From NCBI GenBank assembly GCA_045598245.1, contig JAZLLQ010000042.1:2976-66975 (forward strand): a DNA stretch of 64,000 nt. Direction: 5' to 3'. Below are positions 8,021 through 16,526 of this stretch, piece after piece. Position 1 is the stretch's first letter; each line of letters starts with the position of its first letter. A model generated the notes under the pieces. The model was not told the DNA's origin. It made no database searches and saw only the letters and a list, made by a program, of their open reading frames with translations. Source of the DNA: Candidatus Gastranaerophilales bacterium (GTDB taxonomy: Bacteria; Cyanobacteriota; Vampirovibrionia; Gastranaerophilales; JAILCC01). The position numbers and the translations under genes are program-made.

Positions 8021-8980
8021 ATGAATATTTTATTTGTAATTGATGATTTAGAGTTTAAATATTTTGAATTTAACAAACTTGTGACTTCGTTTTGGTTGAT
8101 TTACGGTTTTATCAAAAGAGGATACAGAGTAGATATTGTAACTAAAAATAAACTTTTTTTGCAAGGCAATATCCCTATGGGGTTGACTTATCAGACTTCA
8201 ATTAAAAATGATGATTTGATTAAAGAAAAAGAATTTAAAAAAACAGATTTGAATTTTTATAATGTTATATTTTTCAGACCTGACCCGCCTGTTAATGAAG
8301 ATTTTATTAATGCTACTCATGTACTTGATTATATCGGTAAAAATACTTTGGTTTTAAACAGTGTGCAAAGCCTGAGAAATGCAAATGAAAAACTTTATAT
8401 AAATAATTTTCCGAATATTGTTCCCGAGAATATTGTAACGTCCGATGATGAATTAATCAGAGAATTTTTATACAAAAACAAAGAAATTGTAATAAAACCG
8501 CTTAATTGTTGTTTTAGCAAAGGCGTTTTTTATCTGAATGATAAAGATAAAAATATTCATACAATTATAGATATTGCAACAAATTCAGGTAAAACAATGG
8601 TTATGGTGCAAAAATATTTACCTGAAATATCGGAAGGTGATAAAAGGCTTGTTTATATTGACGGTGAAATTTTTGAAGAATGTGTTTGTAAAATTCATGG
8701 TGATGATGATTTTAAATTTAATACCCACAATGATAAGTATTTCAAAAAAGGTGTTATTACTGAAGAGGAACGAAAAATTGCCAAGTACATAAAGCCTAAA
8801 ATGGAAAAAGAAGGACTTTATATTGCCGGTTTGGATGTAATTGACGGCAGGGTTATTGAAATTAATGTCACCAGTCCATGTTTCTTTATCAAAGAAGTTA
8901 ATCAGCTTTTTGAAACAAATTTCGAGGTTAAAATTCTTGATAAACTTGAAGGATTGATTAAACGCAAAATCATGAAATAG
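8021..8980 (+). CDS. glutathione synthetase-like ATP-grasp enzyme (divergent)
   Basis: 319 aa, collinear with my recollection of E. coli GshB. RPDPPVNEDFINATHVLD matches RKDPPFDTEFIYATYILE. NSVQSLRNANEKLY matches NKPQSLRDCNEKLF. YLPEISEGDKRLVYIDGE matches YLPAIKDGDKRVLVVDGE. AGLDVIDGRVIEINVTSP matches VGLDIIGDRLTEINVTSP. The Gly-rich loop differs (see findings). Confidence 0.75.
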   Translation: MNILFVIDDLEFKYFEFNKLVTSFWLIYGFIKRGYRVDIVTKNKLFLQGNIPMGLTYQTSIKNDDLIKEKEFKKTDLNFYNVIFFRPDPPVNEDFINATHVLDYIGKNTLVLNSVQSLRNANEKLYINNFPNIVPENIVTSDDELIREFLYKNKEIVIKPLNCCFSKGVFYLNDKDKNIHTIIDIATNSGKTMVMVQKYLPEISEGDKRLVYIDGEIFEECVCKIHGDDDFKFNTHNDKYFKKGVITEEERKIAKYIKPKMEKEGLYIAGLDVIDGRVIEINVTSPCFFIKEVNQLFETNFEVKILDKLEGLIKRKIMK

Positions 8981-9056
8981 TTTAACCTTGCTTGATAATA
9001 TATTAGTACGGTATAATATTCTTGTAATGTGTCATTAAAGACAGAGAGGAATATGT

Positions 9057-10085
9057 ATGAAAAAGATTTTAATTGTGCTGATTGCAATATTTACATTTGC
9101 AACAACAGCTAATGCCGCAAATGTAATTAAAAATTATAAGGGGTACACTATTATAGGACATCAAATAGAAGATATTGTAGCTATTATTAATACTGCAATT
9201 GAAAATGAAAAAGAAATAAAGGTTTTAGACGGTACTCCGAATGCTTATTATGCAGTTTATGGTGAAGAACATTATTTTATAAAACTTTACCCAGCAAACA
9301 GCAATACTCATATGTATATTGTTTCGGATGCTTCTTATGAAGTATCTGATAATGATATGACTAAATTCTTTAAATACAACAATTTAAAATGGAAAATATT
9401 GGAAGATAAAGAAGCTGAAAAAGAATATTATTTCGATTTTATTGCGTATGCAAGAACGGGAAAACTTGATGGGTTATTTGTCATGCCTGATTTTGTAAAA
9501 CCTTTAAAGGTAGGTATGCAAAAGCTCAACGATAAAATTTCCAAAAATTCTAAAAAAACCGCTGCTCTCAAATATGAAAATGACACAAACCCAATTGATT
9601 TAACACGTGTAAACACGGAATACTATTCAAATCCCGAGGCTCAGATTAAAATAACGGTGAATGAGTATCGTTTGAAAAATAAAGAAAATAAATATGTTCA
9701 TGCTTATGAATACATTGTTAAAAATACTGCAAGTTCAAAAGTTTTAATTGATAAAGTTACGACAGAAAGAGTAGCATCTTTAAAAGACGTTACGACACAA
9801 ACGTTTGTAGATATGGACAGACTTGATATTGCAGATACTGTTGGTTCTTTCCCGCCTGTATTTATTTGTACATGCGGCCTTTCATTAATTCCAACCGTTG
9901 CAAATAACATAAGATTAGCAAAAGTTGCAAAAGAATCAGCAAGATTTGCACATGCTTTGCCTGAAAATTATACTTTGAACGGTAATTCCATGATGAAAAT
10001 TCTCGTTTTAAAATTCAAAAATGACCCCAAACCACTTGTATTTGATGTAACAAGAGAAGAACAAAAATATAATTTTGCTTTTTAA
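9057..10085 (+). CDS. secreted hypothetical protein
   Basis: 342 aa with an N-terminal signal peptide, MKKILIVLIAIFTFATTANA|AN. No family recognised. Confidence 0.6.
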   Translation: MKKILIVLIAIFTFATTANAANVIKNYKGYTIIGHQIEDIVAIINTAIENEKEIKVLDGTPNAYYAVYGEEHYFIKLYPANSNTHMYIVSDASYEVSDNDMTKFFKYNNLKWKILEDKEAEKEYYFDFIAYARTGKLDGLFVMPDFVKPLKVGMQKLNDKISKNSKKTAALKYENDTNPIDLTRVNTEYYSNPEAQIKITVNEYRLKNKENKYVHAYEYIVKNTASSKVLIDKVTTERVASLKDVTTQTFVDMDRLDIADTVGSFPPVFICTCGLSLIPTVANNIRLAKVAKESARFAHALPENYTLNGNSMMKILVLKFKNDPKPLVFDVTREEQKYNFAF

Positions 10086-10107
10086 TTAAGGTAAAAAACA
10101 TTTATAA

Positions 10108-10137
10108 AAGAGCCATAAGTTTGTCTTATGGCTCTTT
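10108..10137. terminator. bidirectional Rho-independent terminator
   Basis: Stem aaagagccataag / cttatggctcttt with loop tttgt and A/T tracts on both sides. It lies between convergent genes ending at 10085 (+) and 10175 (-). Confidence 0.6.
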
Positions 10138-10174
10138 TATATCTGAAATTTATTTTTTATATTTAATCATCTGA

Positions 10175-13100
10175 TTAGTGATCACCTTTTTCGGAGTATT
10201 CATCAAAAATAAAATCATCATCGTATGAAAAAACTCTGTCTGAATATTCTGTTAATTTTAATTCTGCAATTTTTCTTCCGGCTTTTTTATATTCTTTTAC
10301 ACCATTATCATTTTTGAATGATGCAAATTTACTCATTGCTTTTTCAAAACCTCTTAAAATTCTGAAATCATCCTTCGATTTATGATGTTCATAAATTTCT
10401 TGTTTAGCTTTTGCAGTTAAAGTAGAAATTATTTCTCTGCCTTTGTTATCGGTTGTCAAAATTTGGGTATCTTTGTTTATATAAAATTCTTCAACAAATT
10501 TCGTAATTATTGCCTTTGAAATTTCATCATTTATATTAAATCTTTCCATAAATTTATTTAAGTAATTATCGTCTTCATCATCAGAAGCAAACCAATTGTC
10601 TAACTTCATCAAATAAGGAGTTGCTTTTTCTGATGATAAATCAAATCTTTTTAGAATTTCAAAAAATGCGGATGGAATACTTGTTTTAATTTCATTACCT
10701 TTCAAATAATTTTCATACATATTTGCTAAAACAATGTATTGTCCTGCTCTTTGAGGATTAATTTTCCCCGCATGTTTTGAAGAATTTTTTTCCGCTGCTT
10801 TAACCGTTTTTAAATTTGAATTTTTTGCATCCCAATAGGTTAATTTATATGTTGCGGCTTTAATATCGTTATCGGAATTTACGTCTTGTATTGTTTCAAC
10901 GATATATTCGGCTTCTTCTATATTTTCGTCTTTATCCTTATCCGGCATATATTTTTCATAAAAAATATTGGCTAAATCATCTTCACCTTTTTGGTACAGA
11001 ATATCAAGAACAGCAATAAAATTATCCTGAATATTATCAATATTATCTTTCCATTCTCTTATATTTTGAGCCTCACTACTTTCTAAGGCTTGTTCAGATG
11101 TAATAATACCTAAATTAATTTTATCAATGTTTCTCAAAAAACCTATCATATTTTTTCTTTTATCGGTATTTACATTTTGTCTGCCGTCTATAAAATCAAT
11201 AAGTTCGCAGAGTTCATCATTTTGGCTGATTTTATCATAAACCATAACTTCGACAAATCTGTTTTTCAAATCATCAAGAGTAAATTGTTCATACCTGTGC
11301 TGATGTGTTTCTCGGTAATTATCGGTTTTATTAACAGTAATATTAAATTTCTTTAGCAGATTGCGATATGTAGGACCTGATACATTTAAAGCACGAGAGG
11401 CATCTTTAATGTTTTTGCCGAGAGCAATTTGTTCTAATATCTGCTCTTTCGTGATAGATGCAACATTTTGTCTGATTTTTTTGTAATCAATCATAATATC
11501 AAATTTTTCCACCAGTTGATAATACATACTATCTGCAATACCTAATATATTGCAAATTTGCTCTTTTGTATAACCTTCGGAAATTAATCTGCTTAATTGT
11601 TTTTCCGAAATATTTGATACTTTCTCATGGTATATTTGTCGTTCCGTTAAAAGATTATATTGTGCCAATAATCTTGCAGCTGAAGGTCTTGAAATATTAA
11701 GTTCTCTGCAAATATCATTTATACTTTTACCTGATGATAACATACTTGATAATTGTTCTTTGGTAATAGAGGCAATATTTTCAGAATTTTCCATACGCTG
11801 AGTTTTTATTTTATATATTGTTACTAATCTCTTATATGTACTGTCAGATATTTTTAATTTTTTACATATTTCTTCAGCAGTTAAGCCAAAATCGAGAAGT
11901 TCGGATAATTTTTCTTTTGTAATTCCTTCGATTCTTTTCCTTACTTTCTGCATAGGAGTTAGGATGTGATATTGTTTCAGACGATTTCGGAATGTTCTTT
12001 CAGATACTTTCAATATTTTGCATATTTCAGCAGTTGGCAGACCTTCATTTAAAAGTGAAAGTATTTCTTCTTTAGAAATTTGATTAAGCGGTTTTGCCCA
12101 ATGACAATTAGCTTTTTTTTGAATTTTATAAAGTCTTAATAATCTATGGTACGTTGATTCGGAAATATTTAAAAATTCACATTTTGCTTTTACGGAAGTA
12201 CCTGAATTATATAATTTTATCAAAGTTTCTTTAGGTATTTTGGCAATTCTTTTTTGATTTTGGATTTGTAAATTTTCTATGCCATATTTACGCAGATATC
12301 TGGTAATTGTATCAGGATTTACATTATAGCGTTTTGCAATATCCTTGCGTAGCATACCGCTGTTAATTAAAATTTCCAAATCTTCTTTTTCTATTTTTAT
12401 ATTATCAGTTTTTTCCTGCCAAAATGTTTTGACATTATATTTTTTGAGTAATTGTTGCAATGAACTATGTCCGATATTTAACTCTTTTGAGACTTCTTTA
12501 ATGGTTTTACCTTCTTTGAAAAGTTCTTCCAATTGTTCTTTTGAAATACCGCTTATTATTGCACTGCTCGTTTCCATTTCCTGCATCTTGGGAGTTTTTA
12601 AATTATATTTTTCAAATATGGCACGAGTTGTTTCATAAGTTAACCCTAAAATCTGCTTGATTTCCATTAAAGACTTTCCTTGTTGCAAAAATTCTTCCAA
12701 AGTTTCTTTTGTAACACTTCTTGCAACTTCCCTACTTCTAAGGTTTCTTGTTTTTATTCCAAATTTTTTAAGTAATTTTGTATAAGTACCGGTACTTATA
12801 CCTAAAGCATCTTTAACTTCGTACGTGGTTTTTCCGCTGTTAACAAAATCAAGAAGCTGTTCTTTTGTAATATTTTCTATTACAATATTTATGGCTTTTT
12901 TTGAGTGCAACCCAAATTTTTTTATCAGAGCTTTATACTGATTTATAGAAATATTTAAAATTTCACAAATTTCATTTTTTGATTTACCGATATTTATTAA
13001 TTTTTCTATATCATTTTTAGTTATGATTGCACTTTTTTCTCTTTGTATTTGCTGCAAACTCTTTATTCCATATTTACTCGCATATCCTTTTACGGAATCC

Positions 13101-13345
13101 TTGCTGATGTTATACATGGCTCCGATTTCAGCGTATGTTTTACCTTCATTAACTAATTTTTGCAACTCTTCTTTTGAAATTTCTCTGCCTTTAAAAGAAA
13201 GTTCAAACGTATCATTTGCCTGAAATTTTAAAAAAGGATTATTTGAATGAGAATTATTACTAAAATTATTGTTTCTTTGATATAAATTTCTTTTTAAAAA
13301 TGAAATATAAATTTCCATGAAATTCCCCGGATTTATAGTTTGCAT
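10175..13345 (-). CDS. giant protein with 12 tandem helix-turn-helix modules plus a C-terminal domain of about 340 aa of unknown function
   Basis: 1056-aa ORF (alternative start MEIYISF at 13318). Residues 56 to about 715 are 12 diverged repeats of about 55 aa. Their consensus is I(T/S)KEqLxxLlxxGKsxxEIcxxLnISxsTYxrLlKKfgIkT, a resolvase/Hin-like three-helix HTH pattern. Confidence 0.8.
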   Translation of the reverse strand: MQTINPGNFMEIYISFLKRNLYQRNNNFSNNSHSNNPFLKFQANDTFELSFKGREISKEELQKLVNEGKTYAEIGAMYNISKDSVKGYASKYGIKSLQQIQREKSAIITKNDIEKLINIGKSKNEICEILNISINQYKALIKKFGLHSKKAINIVIENITKEQLLDFVNSGKTTYEVKDALGISTGTYTKLLKKFGIKTRNLRSREVARSVTKETLEEFLQQGKSLMEIKQILGLTYETTRAIFEKYNLKTPKMQEMETSSAIISGISKEQLEELFKEGKTIKEVSKELNIGHSSLQQLLKKYNVKTFWQEKTDNIKIEKEDLEILINSGMLRKDIAKRYNVNPDTITRYLRKYGIENLQIQNQKRIAKIPKETLIKLYNSGTSVKAKCEFLNISESTYHRLLRLYKIQKKANCHWAKPLNQISKEEILSLLNEGLPTAEICKILKVSERTFRNRLKQYHILTPMQKVRKRIEGITKEKLSELLDFGLTAEEICKKLKISDSTYKRLVTIYKIKTQRMENSENIASITKEQLSSMLSSGKSINDICRELNISRPSAARLLAQYNLLTERQIYHEKVSNISEKQLSRLISEGYTKEQICNILGIADSMYYQLVEKFDIMIDYKKIRQNVASITKEQILEQIALGKNIKDASRALNVSGPTYRNLLKKFNITVNKTDNYRETHQHRYEQFTLDDLKNRFVEVMVYDKISQNDELCELIDFIDGRQNVNTDKRKNMIGFLRNIDKINLGIITSEQALESSEAQNIREWKDNIDNIQDNFIAVLDILYQKGEDDLANIFYEKYMPDKDKDENIEEAEYIVETIQDVNSDNDIKAATYKLTYWDAKNSNLKTVKAAEKNSSKHAGKINPQRAGQYIVLANMYENYLKGNEIKTSIPSAFFEILKRFDLSSEKATPYLMKLDNWFASDDEDDNYLNKFMERFNINDEISKAIITKFVEEFYINKDTQILTTDNKGREIISTLTAKAKQEIYEHHKSKDDFRILRGFEKAMSKFASFKNDNGVKEYKKAGRKIAELKLTEYSDRVFSYDDDFIFDEYSEKGDH

Positions 13346-13628
13346 GCGTACTAAAAATTCTAAAAAAAAAATTTGTTATTTAGCAGTGAAATCACAAGAG
13401 AAGATTATGTAAAAAATAACAAAGATAATTATGAAGATTTCTTCTTTTATTTAAGCAAAAGTAAAAGAAGAGAAAAGTATAAATCCAAAATAAAGTTTTT
13501 AGCGAAAAAAGTACAACTACAAAAGCAAAATAAACTTCTTATAATTAATATTATCTGTATTTAATTTAATATGTTATAACACGGAATAATTACTAGAAGT
13601 GAAAAATGTTTTGTGCTAAATTCTTATT

Positions 13629-16466
13629 ATGAATAATGATGATGGAAATAATATAGTTGTCAGAAATGCATATATGCATAATCTGAAAAATATAAACGTA
13701 AAAATTCCCAAAAACCAAATTGTTGTTTTTACGGGAGTTAGCGGTTCAGGGAAAAGTACGCTCGCTTTTGATACAATTTTTGCGGAAGGTCAAAGACGAT
13801 ATATAGAAAGTCTTAGCACATATGCAAGACAATTTTTGGGGCAGCTTAATAAACCCGAAGTTGAAAGTATAGAAGGCTTGAGCCCTGCAATTTCAATTGA
13901 CCAAAAATCTACATCAAATAATCCGCGTTCAACAGTGGGTACAATTACAGAGATATATGACCACTTACGTTTATTATATGCAAGAATTGGAACACCTCAC
14001 TGTCCGAAATGCGGTCGTGAAATAAAACCTCAGACACTTGATGAAATAACCGATAGTGTAATGAACATGGAGCAAGGAGCGAAATTTCAGGTTCTTGCAC
14101 CTATTGCCAAAGGGAAAAAAGGTGAATTTACTCAAACTTTCAGTGCATTAAAACAGGAAGGCTATGCAAGAGTTCGAGTGGACGGCGAAGTTTATAACTT
14201 AGACTTTGATGAAATAAGCATTGATAAAAACAAAAAACATAACATTGAAGTCGTAATAGACAGAATTATATTAAAGCCGGAAGCTCGCTCAAGAATTGCA
14301 GACAGCTTACAAGTTGCTATGAAAAAAGCAAACGGTAATGTCATAATTTTAAACGGTGAGAATGAAAAAATTTACAGTGAAAAATTAGCCTGTCCTAATT
14401 GTGATATTTCTTTTGATGAACTTGAACCGAGAATTTTCAGTTTTAATGCTCCGTATGGGGCTTGCCCGTCTTGCGGTGGCTTAGGCATGCACTTGCAAAT
14501 TAACCCTGATTTAATTGTGCCGGACAAGCGAAAATCTCTCAGAGAGGGTGCAATTTACCCTTGGGCAGTCACAGGGAACCCATATTACACAGATGTTTTA
14601 TATAGTGTTGCAAGAGAGTTCCAAATTGATTTTGATAAACCGTTTGAAAAATTAACTGAAAAAGAACAAAATATTATCTTATACGGAAGCGGTGATAAAT
14701 CTGTTTTAATGGAGCATGATGAGTTCGGAACAAAACGAAGAAAGATATACAAAACGAAGTTCAAAGGTGTTATTCCATATCTTACAAGCAGATATGAAGG
14801 AACTAACTCTGATTTAATTCGTGCAGAAGTGGAAAAATACATGACGCAAATTCCCTGTTCAAGCTGTAATGGTGCGAGATTAAATGATTTTGCACTTTCG
14901 GTTACAATTGACGGAAAAAATATTTATGAATTTACAACAATGTCAATTCAGGATGAATATGACTTTATTTGTTCGTTATTTTTAAAATTAGACAATTTCA
15001 AACTTTCTATTGCGAAACAACTTCTTGAAGAAATAAGAGAAAGATTGAAATTTTTGGTTGACGTTGGTTTAGATTATTTATCACTTGCAAGACAGGCCGG
15101 AACATTGTCAGGCGGAGAAGCTCAGCGTATCAGACTTGCAACACAAATAGGCTCAGGCTTAACGGGAGTTTTATACGTTCTTGATGAACCGAGTATAGGT
15201 TTGCACCAAGTTAATAATGAACAACTTTTAAATACATTAAAAAGACTCAGAAATTTAGGCAATACGCTTATTGTTGTCGAACATGATGAAGAAACGATAA
15301 GAATGGCTGACAGAATTATCGATATAGGACCAAAAGCAGGTATTAACGGTGGCAAAATCGTTGCCCAAGGCAGTGTTGAAGATATTATAAAATCAAAAAC
15401 TTCAATAACAGGGAAATATTTAAGCGGTGAAAAATTAATAAAAATACCCAAAACAAGACGAGCAGGCAACGGTAATTTCTTGCATATTGAAGATGCTCAT
15501 TTGAATAACTTAAAACATATATCCGTTGATATTCCCTTAGGCAAAATTACAACAGTAACGGGAGTAAGCGGTTCAGGAAAAAGTTCGCTCATATTTGACA
15601 TTTTGAACAGTTATGCTATTCATAAATTAAGAAAAAATGTGCCAAAACCTCAAGGAATAAAAGAAATTACAGGTTTTGAAAATATTGATAAAATTATTGA
15701 TATTGACCAATCACCGATAGGAAGAACTCCTCGCAGTAACCCTGCAACATATACAGGAGTTTTTGATCATATCAGAGAATTATTTTCACAAACAACGGAA
15801 GCCAAAACAAGGGGATACAAGCCGGGTCGTTTCAGTTTTAATGTAAAAGGCGGTCGCTGTGAAGCCTGTAGTGGTGACGGTATTATAAAAATAGAAATGA
15901 ATTTCTTATCTGATATTTACGTTCCTTGTGATATTTGCAAAGGAAAAAGATACAATTCTCAAACACTTGAAGTCAAATATAAAGGTAAATCAATTGCTGA
16001 TGTTCTTGATATGACAGTAAAAGAGGCATTGGAGTTTTTTGAAAACATACCTCGTATTGCATCGAAACTTCAAACTCTCAACGATGTCGGACTTGATTAT
16101 ATGAGATTAGGTCAAAGTGCAACAACTCTTTCAGGTGGAGAAGCTCAAAGGGTAAAACTTGCATCGGAACTTAACAAGCGAAATACAGGACGGACACTTT
16201 ATCTTCTTGATGAACCTTCTGTCGGCTTACATTGGTATGATTTAGACAAACTAAACGATATACTTCAAAAACTTGCGGATTTTGGGAATACTATTGTTAT
16301 CATTGAACATAATCTTGATTTAATAAAAACATCAGACCATATCATTGATTTAGGTCCTGATGGCGGAGATAAAGGCGGATATATTGTAGCTCAAGGTACA
16401 CCTGAGGAAGTTGCAAAAGTCAAAGCATCATATACGGGACAATATCTAAAAAAAATGGGACTCTGA
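13629..16466 (+). CDS. uvrA: excinuclease ABC subunit A
   Basis: 945 aa. Two Walker A motifs (GVSGSGKSTLAF, GVSGSGKSSLIF) and two ABC signatures (LSGGEAQR). Zinc-finger Cys clusters: CPKCG, CPNCD...CPSCGG, CEACSGDG...CDICKGKRY. Confidence 0.97.
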   Translation: MNNDDGNNIVVRNAYMHNLKNINVKIPKNQIVVFTGVSGSGKSTLAFDTIFAEGQRRYIESLSTYARQFLGQLNKPEVESIEGLSPAISIDQKSTSNNPRSTVGTITEIYDHLRLLYARIGTPHCPKCGREIKPQTLDEITDSVMNMEQGAKFQVLAPIAKGKKGEFTQTFSALKQEGYARVRVDGEVYNLDFDEISIDKNKKHNIEVVIDRIILKPEARSRIADSLQVAMKKANGNVIILNGENEKIYSEKLACPNCDISFDELEPRIFSFNAPYGACPSCGGLGMHLQINPDLIVPDKRKSLREGAIYPWAVTGNPYYTDVLYSVAREFQIDFDKPFEKLTEKEQNIILYGSGDKSVLMEHDEFGTKRRKIYKTKFKGVIPYLTSRYEGTNSDLIRAEVEKYMTQIPCSSCNGARLNDFALSVTIDGKNIYEFTTMSIQDEYDFICSLFLKLDNFKLSIAKQLLEEIRERLKFLVDVGLDYLSLARQAGTLSGGEAQRIRLATQIGSGLTGVLYVLDEPSIGLHQVNNEQLLNTLKRLRNLGNTLIVVEHDEETIRMADRIIDIGPKAGINGGKIVAQGSVEDIIKSKTSITGKYLSGEKLIKIPKTRRAGNGNFLHIEDAHLNNLKHISVDIPLGKITTVTGVSGSGKSSLIFDILNSYAIHKLRKNVPKPQGIKEITGFENIDKIIDIDQSPIGRTPRSNPATYTGVFDHIRELFSQTTEAKTRGYKPGRFSFNVKGGRCEACSGDGIIKIEMNFLSDIYVPCDICKGKRYNSQTLEVKYKGKSIADVLDMTVKEALEFFENIPRIASKLQTLNDVGLDYMRLGQSATTLSGGEAQRVKLASELNKRNTGRTLYLLDEPSVGLHWYDLDKLNDILQKLADFGNTIVIIEHNLDLIKTSDHIIDLGPDGGDKGGYIVAQGTPEEVAKVKASYTGQYLKKMGL

Positions 16467-16526
16467 TTTTTCAAAGAAATTATCAAAAAAAATCATTTAC
16501 AGATTTTGTATAATAGGTAAATAAAA

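Noticed and set aside
13373-13564. 63-aa ORF in the uvrA upstream region
   Set aside because: It has a low-complexity Lys-rich translation of AT-rich intergenic DNA, no RBS, and overlaps the divergent promoter region.
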